A stretch of 58,306 bases of DNA from an uncultured Nitrospinaceae bacterium (GTDB taxonomy: Bacteria > UBA8248): NCBI GenBank assembly GCA_964558115.1, contig CAZLCI010000003.1, positions 1 to 58,306 on the forward strand, given 5' to 3'. Below the pieces are notes generated by a model. It was not told the DNA's origin. It was given only the letters and a program-made list of their open reading frames with translations, and made no database searches. A program made the position numbers and the translations under genes. Each line of letters begins with the position of its first letter. The first letter of the stretch is position 1. This document shows positions 12,902 through 21,852 of the stretch, one piece after another.

Positions 12902-13517
12902 CGGTATTCGGAGCTTGAAATTTATTTGTTATAGAACTAGTTTCTTCTTCGATTTCTGCAACAGCAACGGCTTCTTCTCCCGTAGATTTACTTTCTGAAA
13001 CAGGACGTCTGTCCTCTTCAAGTTTTCTGAGGCCAAAAAACTTTCCCCATGCACGTGGACCATTATAATTATTCTCTTTTTCCCAAACGTCATAAAGATG
13101 ATCTTTATCAAAAACAAGAGTTTCTCTATCATACCCGATAGTTTCATACTGATGAGTGTGTACAATTGATTTAGGTGTCGTTGGACAAGCTTCTGTACAT
13201 AAACCACAGTACATACATCTCATATAATCAATATAAAACTCCTTGGCATACATCTCGCGTCCTTTTCCTGCGGTGAGAATAGTAATGCAATCAACTGGAC
13301 AGACTTTTTCACAGTTCAGGCAACCTATGCAATTCTCCTCACCTGTCTTGAAATCACGCGTTAAACCAAGAAAACCACGAAATCTTTCAGGTGGCTCCCA
13401 TCGCTCATTAGGATATTGGAGTGTGACGGGTTTTTTAAATAAATGACGAATAGTAATGAACATTCCTTTAACTATATCTGTCATAAAGAAACGTCCTAGG
13501 GATCTAGAAAACTCCAT
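12858..13517 (-). CDS. nuoI: NuoI-like 2x[4Fe-4S] ferredoxin subunit (complex I subunit I family), orphan
   Basis: It has two CxxCxxCxxxCP motifs (CIGCLNCEKVCP, CMYCGLCTEACP) in a NuoI-type context (TLQYPNERW..PERFRG). It also has a long acidic C-terminal tail. No other nuo genes are in the window. Confidence 0.7.
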   Translation of the reverse strand: MEFSRSLGRFFMTDIVKGMFITIRHLFKKPVTLQYPNERWEPPERFRGFLGLTRDFKTGEENCIGCLNCEKVCPVDCITILTAGKGREMYAKEFYIDYMRCMYCGLCTEACPTTPKSIVHTHQYETIGYDRETLVFDKDHLYDVWEKENNYNGPRAWGKFFGLRKLEEDRRPVSESKSTGEEAVAVAEIEEETSSITNKFQAPNTVAKTKSEPTENPEG

Positions 13518-13547
13518 TTTATAATCTATTCTCCATAATTATTAGTA

Positions 13548-14531
13548 TTAAGAAGCAGCAGCATTTTCCTTTTTTTGTCTTTCTACCTGTGCTTCTAAAT
13601 ATTTTTCAGCAGCTACAGCAGCTGTAGTAGCATCTCCACTTGCGTTAGTAATTTGCCTTATAAGCTGACTTCTGCAATCACCAGCAACAAAAAGACCCGG
13701 AATACTTGTTTCCATATTCTGATTAGTAATTATAAAGCCAAATTCATCTTTTTCAACAGAATCTTTAATAAGATCCGTGTTTGGTGTAAAACCAACAAAA
13801 ACAAATAATCCTGTGGCATCTAATTCCTGTAATTCATCTGTTTTCACATTGCGAATTTTAAGCTTTTTCATTTCCTTGCCATCACCAACAACTTCATCCA
13901 CAACATGATCCGTAATAATTTCCACTTTTGGGTTTTCCACTAATCTGTCAACAGCAACAGCATGTGCTCGAAATTGTTCTCTTCTATGAATTAAGTAAAC
14001 TTTGGACCCATATTTGGTAAGAAAATTACTTTCTTCAACAGCACTATTTCCACCACCAACAACAGTGATCACTTCGTCTTGAAAAAAAGCTCCATCACAA
14101 AGCGCACAATAACTTACACCCTTGCCAGAATATTCAGTTTCTCCAGGAATTTCAAGCTTTCTAGGTATTCCTCCGGGTGTATAGATAACTGCCCCACACC
14201 GTCTATCACCCATGTCAGTTTTTACTAAAAAATCATCTCCATCTTTAGATATCTCAAGTACCTCTTCCATTTCTATCTTCAATCCAAATTTTATTGCATG
14301 ATCTGTGAATTTTGCCGCTAATTCAGGTCCGCCAATTAAATCAAATCCTGGATAATCTTCAACAAATTCGGTGTTTAATATTTCACCGCCTGGAGCCATT
14401 TTCTCAAAACAAACTACATTTATCTTTGAACGAGAAACATATAGACCTGCTGTCAAACCGGCAGGACCCGCACCCACAATAATTACTTCGTAATCTCTTT
14501 TACTCAAAAAAACCTCAAGAATAAAAACCAC
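13548..14531 (-). CDS. trxB: Thioredoxin-disulfide reductase (NADPH-type)
   Basis: It has the FAD motif GAGPAGLTAG, the redox CALCDG motif, and the NADPH motifs GGGNSAVEE and HRREQFRA. The ORF opens with a GTG at 14531. A TTG at 14507 with a GAGG SD is a plausible true start. Confidence 0.9.
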   Translation of the reverse strand: MVFILEVFLSKRDYEVIIVGAGPAGLTAGLYVSRSKINVVCFEKMAPGGEILNTEFVEDYPGFDLIGGPELAAKFTDHAIKFGLKIEMEEVLEISKDGDDFLVKTDMGDRRCGAVIYTPGGIPRKLEIPGETEYSGKGVSYCALCDGAFFQDEVITVVGGGNSAVEESNFLTKYGSKVYLIHRREQFRAHAVAVDRLVENPKVEIITDHVVDEVVGDGKEMKKLKIRNVKTDELQELDATGLFVFVGFTPNTDLIKDSVEKDEFGFIITNQNMETSIPGLFVAGDCRSQLIRQITNASGDATTAAVAAEKYLEAQVERQKKENAAAS

Positions 14532-14623
14532 AAAACAACTAATCTAAAAACCAGAAGATATTAACACCACTTTATGTTACTGCCAAGCCTAAAGCATATA
14601 CACAAAAAGAACTTATTTTAATC

Positions 14624-14869
14624 CTAATTTAAATCAAAGATATTCCTTATTTTATTTTTATCAAAACCAACCACTACATCTTCTCCAGCAATCATAACAG
14701 GCGTTCCGCGTATTCCAGTTTTTTCAACCAATTCTGTAAGGGCATCTGGATCTTTATCAACTAGTTTTTCCTCAAATACAATACTATGCATAGAAAGAAA
14801 CTCTTTCATTTGTTTGCAGGGGGGTCAGGTTGTAGAAGAATAAACTACTATTTTATTAAAATTTTTCAT
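14624..14869 (-). CDS. Glutaredoxin/NrdH-like small redoxin, predicted selenoprotein (U-P-P-C; Sec codon TGA at 14825-14827)
   Basis: Read on the minus strand from the ATG at 14869, which has a GAGG SD 5 nt upstream, the sequence is MKNFNKIVVYSSTT-TGA-PPCKQ. This is in frame with the 61-aa track ORF (MKEFLSMH...GTPVMIAGEDVVVGFD). Together they give an 81-codon Grx-like fold with TGA at the first Cys of CxxC. Confidence 0.75.
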
Positions 14870-14906
14870 TTTTACCTCAATTAAAGTCATGCTAATAAGA
14901 ATATTT

Positions 14907-16274
14907 TTATATTTCAGCCTTGGCAAAAATATCTGTTAACTCCGAAATCTTAATTGTCTCTATTCGAGAAACTGCATCTATTATTTCATCTTTCATTTGA
15001 ACTGAAATGATGTCATCACACAGAAAACCAAATTTCTCTATCACAGACGATAATCCCATAGGATTTGAATAATGTCCTTCATAGGAAGATTTTTCTTTTT
15101 CAAAAATCTTATTTTCTTTATTTGTGATTTTAATTGTCACCGGGGATTCTTCTGGATATCGATTCGTTAGCGCTTCTGAGTTAGAAATTTTCACAAATTT
15201 AAGTAAAGTTTGTACATCCTCTTCCAAAATTCTCTTTTCTTCAAATTGCTCCGGCATTACATTATTATCTATCAAAGCTGCTGCTAAAACATAGGGTAAG
15301 CTATGATCGGCTGTTTCTTTATTTTTTACATCATGCTTATCTCCACCCTTACCTCCACCCATTATAAAGTAAGCACGTTGATAAATTCCAATTTCAACTT
15401 CAGAGATTTCTTTAGGAGTAAGATTATTTTCATTTTTTAACTCAATTACACCTTCTATTGCTGTTTGAGAATGAATTCCAGCATTAAATTTTTTTAAACT
15501 TATCCCGAGAACTTTATTTAAAGATGTATCTTCTAAATTAATATCAAAAGGACCGGTAATAGAGTCAAACAATCCTAAAGGACCCTCAAAAATTTCAGGT
15601 GGCCCAGTTACTCCTCTCATAGCAAGAAAGGTTGCATGTAAAGCATTCGCGCAAGTATTTGCAGTTGAAAAACCCTTCCAATGAGAAATACGACCTGCCC
15701 GAACTATAAGAAAAGGATTTTGTGAAGCCCCGCTTATCCCAATAGCATTTGCCGTTTTTTCTATATTTAAGTTTAAAGCTCTAGAAACTCCAGCTGCTGC
15801 AGAATAAGATATTGCAAGTGCTTGATCAAAACCTTTATCCTCATACGAACAAGAATCGCAAAAACGACATTGGATTTCGTACGCAAGCGCCAATGCAGTC
15901 ATAAAGTCACGTCCGCTTATATCAGCATACTCAGATGCAGCTAATATAGCGCCTAATTGATCACTAGGGTGAGATGTAGCCAGACTGCCCATATAACCAT
16001 CATTAAAATCAAGGTATCTTATTAAGGCAGCATTAAAAAATGCAGCTCGATCAGGTGCAGTTTTGCCTCCGCCAATTAATGAAGTTATTGATGAACCACC
16101 AAATTCTAGAACTTGTTCTTTTAAAAATTGGATAGGTTCAGAACGTAAAGATCCAATCGCACAGGCTATAGCATCTATAAGCAACACTTTCATTCTGTCT
16201 ATTACTTCTTCAGATAAATCATCAAAACTTGATTGATGTGCAAATGTTGCTAATTGATAAGATACTTCTTTCAT
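14907..16274 (-). CDS. MmgE/PrpD family protein (2-methylcitrate dehydratase-like)
   Basis: 455 aa with a PrpD-family pattern across the full length (IDAIACAIG, YLDFNDGY, SHPSD, HSLPYVLAAAL). Confidence 0.85.
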   Translation of the reverse strand: MKEVSYQLATFAHQSSFDDLSEEVIDRMKVLLIDAIACAIGSLRSEPIQFLKEQVLEFGGSSITSLIGGGKTAPDRAAFFNAALIRYLDFNDGYMGSLATSHPSDQLGAILAASEYADISGRDFMTALALAYEIQCRFCDSCSYEDKGFDQALAISYSAAAGVSRALNLNIEKTANAIGISGASQNPFLIVRAGRISHWKGFSTANTCANALHATFLAMRGVTGPPEIFEGPLGLFDSITGPFDINLEDTSLNKVLGISLKKFNAGIHSQTAIEGVIELKNENNLTPKEISEVEIGIYQRAYFIMGGGKGGDKHDVKNKETADHSLPYVLAAALIDNNVMPEQFEEKRILEEDVQTLLKFVKISNSEALTNRYPEESPVTIKITNKENKIFEKEKSSYEGHYSNPMGLSSVIEKFGFLCDDIISVQMKDEIIDAVSRIETIKISELTDIFAKAEI

Positions 16275-16289
16275 TTTTATATTCCTTTT

Positions 16290-17246
16290 CTAACTTCCGT
16301 TTAGCTTACGATATTCTTTTTGCATTAAAAGTGCATCGTACTCCAAAGCAGGACTTTCACATACAACTCTTCCTTCAACTTCAAAATCTATTAAAGAACG
16401 AAATAAATCTTTGTAGTTCATGTCAGATTCAGATAATTCCAGATGATGCGCTTCTCCCTTTTCGCTATATGCAATGCCTGACAGATGAATATGCATAGAT
16501 TTTAATGCTTTCTTTCCAAGCTTATCTTTTACCACTTGCAATTGATTTGAAAATTCTTCATAAGAATTTTCCTTGCCCCCTGTTCGAGCATGTATATGTG
16601 CAAAATCAATAGTAATACCGATTTTCTTTTTTTTCAAAGATCCAGCCATTTCAGTCAATTCAGAAAGAGAACCGAATTGACTCGCTTTTCCGGTTGTTTC
16701 AGGATCTAAACGGCATGGACATCCCGCTTCTTTAAGATAATCTAAGATTTCATCAATTTGTTTTTGGATAAACTGATAAACTTCTCTTTCATCCCTTTTT
16801 TGGTAAAAACCAGGATGGAAACAAGCTCCATCTCCGCCACAGCAGTGAAGGGCAAGGGCAGTATCAATTATACGTTTTCTGCTTGCTTCTATTTTTTCTT
16901 CTTCCATCGAGTATAGGTTAATATAATATGGTCCATGGGCAGTAACATTTAACCCAGTATTTTTTACTTCCTTTTTAACTTCCTCGCATGTTTCCGGTTT
17001 GATTCTTACCCCGTGAACAAACTCCATTTCGTAGACCGACAGACCAAGTTCACTTAGTCTCTTAACTGCGGAAGGATGGGTCTTGATTTTTGCTGAATGG
17101 GGGACTCCGCCAGTGCCAAATAAAAGACTATCCTTTTTTTTGGGCTTTTTATTTATTTTAACTGGATAATCGTAAACTCGATTCTCCGGCTTTACGTTTG
17201 GGACTCCTGACTTCCAACCTTTTAAATTTGATTTAACTTTAGCCAA
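16290..17246 (-). CDS. TIM-barrel endonuclease IV / xylose-isomerase-like family protein
   Basis: 318 aa with AP-endonuclease-2-type metal-ligand blocks (AHGPYYINL, FHPG, IDFAHIHA, HIHLSGI, HHLEL). Confidence 0.6.
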   Translation of the reverse strand: MAKVKSNLKGWKSGVPNVKPENRVYDYPVKINKKPKKKDSLLFGTGGVPHSAKIKTHPSAVKRLSELGLSVYEMEFVHGVRIKPETCEEVKKEVKNTGLNVTAHGPYYINLYSMEEEKIEASRKRIIDTALALHCCGGDGACFHPGFYQKRDEREVYQFIQKQIDEILDYLKEAGCPCRLDPETTGKASQFGSLSELTEMAGSLKKKKIGITIDFAHIHARTGGKENSYEEFSNQLQVVKDKLGKKALKSMHIHLSGIAYSEKGEAHHLELSESDMNYKDLFRSLIDFEVEGRVVCESPALEYDALLMQKEYRKLNGS

Positions 17247-17280
17247 AATTTAATCCTCATTTAATCTTTCTTGTTCTAAG

Positions 17281-17889
17281 CTAAATTATTTCGAGCCATG
17301 TCTCTATCTGATTAAAAATATTTTTTTTGCCAATTTTATGAGTTGCGCTACTGAGAATAGGACCGGGAAAATCCTTGTATTTTGTCATAATAGATCCTAA
17401 GTTTGAATCTTGCGCGATTTTTGCTTGTTGATTTCGCTTAACTTTATCTGTCTTAGTAAAAACGACACATGCCTGAAGTTCATAAGCTTTTAACCATTCT
17501 AGTAAATTAACATCCATTTCTTGGACTCCCCGTCTTGAATCAACAAGTAAAAAAATACCGAGAAGCTCTTTTCTATCTTTCAAGAATTCTTCGATCATGC
17601 ATTGCCATTTTTCTTTTTCTTTTATAGGCCCTTTAGCAAAACCATATCCGGGCAAATCAACTAATAAAAAATCTAAAGGGTTAGCGTAAATATTAAAAAA
17701 ATTTATAAGTCTTGTTTTTCCGGGTGTATTACTAACCTTCACTAAATTTTTCCGTCCCAAAATAAAATTTATAAGAGAAGATTTTCCTACATTGCTTCTT
17801 CCTGCAAAAGCGATTTCCGGAAGTTCGGTTTGTGGCCAACCATTTTTTTTAGACGCACTTTTTAAAAAATCACTAGATTTAATCTTCAT
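17281..17889 (-). CDS. engB: Ribosome-biogenesis GTPase YsxC/EngB
   Basis: 202 aa with G1 GRSNVGKSS, G3 DLPGYG and G4 TKTDK in the EngB arrangement. Confidence 0.9.
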   Translation of the reverse strand: MKIKSSDFLKSASKKNGWPQTELPEIAFAGRSNVGKSSLINFILGRKNLVKVSNTPGKTRLINFFNIYANPLDFLLVDLPGYGFAKGPIKEKEKWQCMIEEFLKDRKELLGIFLLVDSRRGVQEMDVNLLEWLKAYELQACVVFTKTDKVKRNQQAKIAQDSNLGSIMTKYKDFPGPILSSATHKIGKKNIFNQIETWLEII

Positions 17890-17898
17890 CTTAGTCTA

Positions 17899-19251
17899 TT
17901 AATCCATCGCTGGAGAAGAAAAAGGATGAATCACTAGACCTGTTCTAAGCTTGGGATAGAAATAAGTGGACTTGTGAGGCATTTTCCCGCCTTTTTTCGC
18001 GATTTCGCACACTGAATCAATCGGTGTTGGGTTTAAAAGCAACACCGCATTAAATTCATCGGTTCTTGCAAAATAAAGCGCCTCTTCTGGATCTGGCGTA
18101 AAACTCATGTTTCCATCATCATGACTTGCTTTGAGACCATGATCTATTATCTCAGATTGAAGTAAAGATACATCAAGTGATTCAAGTGGATTCTCTGATT
18201 TTTCTTCCCGATTTTTTTTGATAAGATATCGAAGAATACCCTTCCCATCAGAAAAACAAAAAACAGTAGAACTATGGTCAGCAGAGATTGTTTTTAACTT
18301 CTCCGAAACAAGCACTCCTCCATTTTCACCCGGATCTGGCTCTTCAATGATATTGTAAAGTTCGGAAATAGAATTTAAAAAATCAGGGACAGTAGAATTG
18401 ATTTCTCTTATCATTCGATGTGTCGGAAGTATAATCATTCCTGGATCTTTTAAATTTGCGAGACACATTAATGTGTAGCCCGATTCTATATTTTTTTCTT
18501 TGCCCTCTAATTGTCGAAGATTTAAACTAGTTTCATATCGATGGTGTCCATCTGCAATAAAAATATCTTTTACAGCAAGGGACGACTTAATTGAGTCTAT
18601 TACATTTTCATCATCACAAAACCACAACTCATGGCGTACACCATCCTCTTCAAAGTCAGCTAAAAGATTTTTTGTTGAAATAGAAGAAGACAAAGAATTA
18701 ATTGCAAAATCCTCTGCGTCATCATAAAAACTAAAAATTGGACCTAGATGCGCACCCGCCTTTCCCCATAAATCAAGCAGAAATCCCTTTGGCTTTGGAA
18801 AAGTTTGTTCATGAGGAAAAACTTTCCCTTTTCCATATTCTTCAAGTTTAACCGTTGTGAAAAAGGAGTTTCTTTCCAGTTTTTTACCATCAGGCAACAA
18901 AAAAGTTTGTCTATAAGGAAATATACATGGTTTTTCATCAACAGTTAAAATCTCTTCTTTTTTCCATTCTTTCAAAAAATCAATTGCTCGCCCAACTCTG
19001 GCTTCATCGCTGCTTTCGTTTGATTCTTTTTTTCCCTGTATCAATCGGACAATATTGTTTGGATGTTTTTTGTAAAACAACTCCTGCAGTTCATTGTTGA
19101 AAACATCATAAGGAGGTGAGGTTACATCTCCCATTTTTTCAGGAGAAACTTTTGTATATCGGAGAGCTCGAAATGGTTTTATATCAACCAATTTTAATCC
19201 TTTCCTATTACGGTAAAAAGATAAAAAACTATTAAACCAGATAAATATCAC
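17899..19251 (-). CDS. DUF1015 family protein
   Basis: It has a conserved N-terminal IKPFRALRY motif and ADGHHR. The first ~20 aa of the ORF (MIFIWFNSF...) may be an over-extension upstream of the real start. Confidence 0.7.
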   Translation of the reverse strand: MIFIWFNSFLSFYRNRKGLKLVDIKPFRALRYTKVSPEKMGDVTSPPYDVFNNELQELFYKKHPNNIVRLIQGKKESNESSDEARVGRAIDFLKEWKKEEILTVDEKPCIFPYRQTFLLPDGKKLERNSFFTTVKLEEYGKGKVFPHEQTFPKPKGFLLDLWGKAGAHLGPIFSFYDDAEDFAINSLSSSISTKNLLADFEEDGVRHELWFCDDENVIDSIKSSLAVKDIFIADGHHRYETSLNLRQLEGKEKNIESGYTLMCLANLKDPGMIILPTHRMIREINSTVPDFLNSISELYNIIEEPDPGENGGVLVSEKLKTISADHSSTVFCFSDGKGILRYLIKKNREEKSENPLESLDVSLLQSEIIDHGLKASHDDGNMSFTPDPEEALYFARTDEFNAVLLLNPTPIDSVCEIAKKGGKMPHKSTYFYPKLRTGLVIHPFSSPAMD

Positions 19252-19359
19252 AATATAAAAATATTTAGTTTAGTGATAGGTCTACATAAGAATTTCATTC
19301 AATGATAGAGTCTAACCTAGATAGTTTTTATAAATAAAATTGAGTACACAATAAGAAAG

Positions 19360-20313
19360 ATGGTTAAAATTAGGTTTGGTGTCAGCGCGAGCTTACATCC
19401 TGAAAAAATCCCTGCACCCGAAGAAATTTTAAACTTTGCCGAACAAGCAGAGAATTGTGGATACGATTCTTTATGGATGGGCGACCACGTAGCATTTCAT
19501 GGACATTACACAGATAGTCTAACAACTCTTGCAGCATTCGCTGCAAAAACATCTAAAATAACCATAGGCACTGCCGTTTTTTTAGTTCCCCTTCGAAGAC
19601 CTGCGATCTCTGCAAAAATTGCAGCCACGGTTGATTTCTTAAGCGGTGGCAATAGATTTATTTTTGGAATCGGCATAGGTGGTGAGGGGAAAAAAGAATT
19701 TGAACTTTGCGGAGTACCAGTTAAAGAAAGAGGAAAAAGAACTGACGAATCAATAGAAATAATTAAAAAACTTTGGACGGGTGAAAATGTTCAGCATAAG
19801 GGTAAATTTTGGAAATTTAGTTCCGTAAGACAAACTCCTGCTCCCCTCACAAAAGGTGGCCCACCAATTTGGATTGGAGGAAGAAGTGATGCTGCAAGAA
19901 AGCGTGCTGTCAAAATAGGAAATGGATATATTTCGTATCTTTATTCATCTGAAAAATTTAAAGAAGGATTAATGCAGATGCACAATTATGCAAAGAAAAT
20001 AGGAAAAACTCTTAAAATAGAAGAAGGATTATGGACACCGGCCCATCACGCATTTATTTATTCTCATAAAGATGAAAAATATGCACTTTCAAGTGGCATC
20101 AAAAACCTTTCTAGAAGATATAATATGGACTTCAATGGTATTGCTGAAAAATATCTTATTTTTGGTCCTCCTGAAAAATGCATGGAAGAAATTGAAAATT
20201 TCAAAAATGCTGGAGCCAAACATTTTGTGTTTAAACATGCAGGACCTCCAGAAGAAGAACTGGATCAACTGGCATTTCTATCTGAAGAAGTTATTGCGAG
20301 GACAAGAGATTGA
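19360..20313 (+). CDS. Luciferase-like (LLM class) flavin/F420-dependent oxidoreductase
   Basis: 317 aa with an LLM pattern (AEQAENCGYDSLWMGDH, GGNRFIFGIGIGG, PPIWIGG). Confidence 0.8.
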   Translation: MVKIRFGVSASLHPEKIPAPEEILNFAEQAENCGYDSLWMGDHVAFHGHYTDSLTTLAAFAAKTSKITIGTAVFLVPLRRPAISAKIAATVDFLSGGNRFIFGIGIGGEGKKEFELCGVPVKERGKRTDESIEIIKKLWTGENVQHKGKFWKFSSVRQTPAPLTKGGPPIWIGGRSDAARKRAVKIGNGYISYLYSSEKFKEGLMQMHNYAKKIGKTLKIEEGLWTPAHHAFIYSHKDEKYALSSGIKNLSRRYNMDFNGIAEKYLIFGPPEKCMEEIENFKNAGAKHFVFKHAGPPEEELDQLAFLSEEVIARTRD

Positions 20314-20327
20314 GTGAAAAAAAAGGA

Positions 20328-20642
20328 ATGAAATGGCCGATTTGTTCGGCAATAATATTATCTGTAGTGTTTGGTCTGGGTTATATTACATTCAATAAGT
20401 ATCAGACTACACCATCAGAAATGAAAGCACAAAAAACCATCAAAACACCAAAAACAAATATAAATAAAAATTATCGTTCTGCTCTCTCAAAAGAATTTAT
20501 TTTTATTTTTGGTATTATCATGTTGATAATTATGTCTACAATTATTTACTTATGGTGGTCACTTAAAGATTGGGAAGGTGGAAAAAAATACGGAGAAGAA
20601 AATATAGAAGAAACGAATGATACTACTTCAGAAAAAATTTAA
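20328..20642 (+). CDS. Small hypothetical membrane protein (two predicted TM segments)
   Basis: The ORF opens at 20310 with a TTG and the first ATG is at 20328. It has two hydrophobic stretches (ICSAIILSVVFGLGYITF and FIFIFGIIMLIIMSTIIYLWW). No family was recognised. Confidence 0.4.
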   Translation: MKWPICSAIILSVVFGLGYITFNKYQTTPSEMKAQKTIKTPKTNINKNYRSALSKEFIFIFGIIMLIIMSTIIYLWWSLKDWEGGKKYGEENIEETNDTTSEKI

Positions 20643-20645
20643 AAA

Positions 20646-21680
20646 TCAAACCTGTTCAATTGCTGACAAAAACCATCCATTAGGTCCAGTTTTTCTTGCC
20701 CAAGTCCAATGTTCTATAAAGTGAATTGGAGCAGAAGTGCTTCCAGAAATATGTTCTCCCGATCCTTCCTTTACTACATAATCTAAAAGACTAACTTCAT
20801 ATCGAACCGTAATAAAATCAAAGCCATTCTCCTGCCATACTTCTACAAATTCACTTTTTTCGATATTAATATTTTCAAGTTTATTGATGGTCTTTTCTCT
20901 CCGCATTTCTTCAATGTCAATTTCACAACTTTTGAGAATATCTCCATCAACCAAATCTGTAATTTTGGAAATATCACGATTTGAGTAAGCCTCTTGAAAA
21001 CGTATAAAATTTGACCGCATTTGTCTTGAAAACGTATCTGAGGAAAAGGCATTGTCTGTCTTTGCTATATTTCTTAGCCCTTCATCAACATCCCGTCCAG
21101 AATAAGATTCTTCTTCTGAATCTCTAGCTTCATTGCCGTATCCTGAATCATCATAACCATATCCAGAATTTATTTGGTAAGGATCAGTTTGAACCCCCAT
21201 ATTTCCATGAGAATAACTAGCGCTTCTCACAAAAGAACGATTTCTAATAAATCTCATAAGGAGAAAAATCCCTCCAAAAATTAAGATCATCTCTAAAAGA
21301 CCGAAACCCCCGCCATACCCACCATAACCCATTCCAGGAAAAAGCATTCTTCCGAGCATACTTCCTAGAAAAAATCCTCCTATTCCGGCAAACATACTCC
21401 TCCCAAATCCACCAAAAGCAGGGCGCCTAGTAAATCCTCTTCTACCAAAGCTAGATCTTCTCGATCCAAAAGAACCAAAACGAGATCGTCCTCCAAAAGC
21501 TCTTCTGCTAAAAAGACCTCTTGAACCCCTAAAACCAAAACTTCTCATGCCCCCAAATCTTCTAGCCTCAGCTATTGAACCAATATATGTGGTTAAGTCT
21601 CTGGTATTATTTGAAAAATCAGTAAGTGCAATGGGAAACGAAATTAAAAGAAACGTGATTAATGATATTACAATCCGCAT
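20646..21680 (-). CDS. Tim44-like domain protein with an N-terminal signal, an R/G/F/S low-complexity region and a TM segment
   Basis: 344 aa. The C-terminal ~150 aa resemble the Tim44-like domain (FSSDTF...FQEAYSNRD...FITVRYEVSLLDY...HWTWARK..GWFLSAIEQ). The N-terminal half is RGG/FG-like. Confidence 0.6.
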   Translation of the reverse strand: MRIVISLITFLLISFPIALTDFSNNTRDLTTYIGSIAEARRFGGMRSFGFRGSRGLFSRRAFGGRSRFGSFGSRRSSFGRRGFTRRPAFGGFGRSMFAGIGGFFLGSMLGRMLFPGMGYGGYGGGFGLLEMILIFGGIFLLMRFIRNRSFVRSASYSHGNMGVQTDPYQINSGYGYDDSGYGNEARDSEEESYSGRDVDEGLRNIAKTDNAFSSDTFSRQMRSNFIRFQEAYSNRDISKITDLVDGDILKSCEIDIEEMRREKTINKLENINIEKSEFVEVWQENGFDFITVRYEVSLLDYVVKEGSGEHISGSTSAPIHFIEHWTWARKTGPNGWFLSAIEQV

Positions 21681-21852
21681 TCTTCCCTCATATAGAAACT
21701 AATTACAAAAAAAAGAAAACAACCAGTAAAGTTTATACCAAACAAATATTTCACTCCAATCATAATCACATAAATATTAGTTTTGAAAAATGGTCTTTCC
21801 TAGTATAGTCAATAAATCAAGTTTTTAAAAAATTACTTCTCTTGGAAACACT

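Noticed and set aside
14624-14809. Treating the 61-aa Grx-like ORF, and the 148-aa DsbA-like ORF at 51668-52114, as N-terminally truncated pseudogenes or fragments.
   Set aside because: In both cases the missing N-terminal part is present directly upstream in the same frame, including a proper start. The Grx-like gene has a strong SD at that start, and the DsbA-like gene encodes a TM anchor there. In each the only interruption is a single TGA exactly at the catalytic Cys. There are no frameshifts or additional stops, which is the signature of Sec recoding rather than decay.
14825-14827. Explaining the in-frame TGAs by an alternative genetic code, with TGA read as Trp (code 4) or Gly (code 25).
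   Set aside because: TGA clearly terminates well-conserved genes in this window: rnpA at 49513-49515, the LLM oxidoreductase at 20311-20313, dnaA at 47439-47441, parB at 58232-58234, and the DsbA-like gene itself at 52112-52114. In addition, Trp or Gly at the nucleophilic CxxC position would inactivate both proteins.
16229-16498. An 89-aa plus-strand ORF spanning the junction between the PrpD-family and endonuclease IV-like genes.
   Set aside because: It overlaps the ends of two well-supported minus-strand genes. Its sequence is low-complexity with no motifs and no SD.
21280-21560. The R/G/F/S-coding segment of the Tim44-like gene, considered as a DNA tandem repeat or VNTR.
   Set aside because: The repetition is compositional at the protein level. 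By eye I could not find a regular nucleotide repeat unit.
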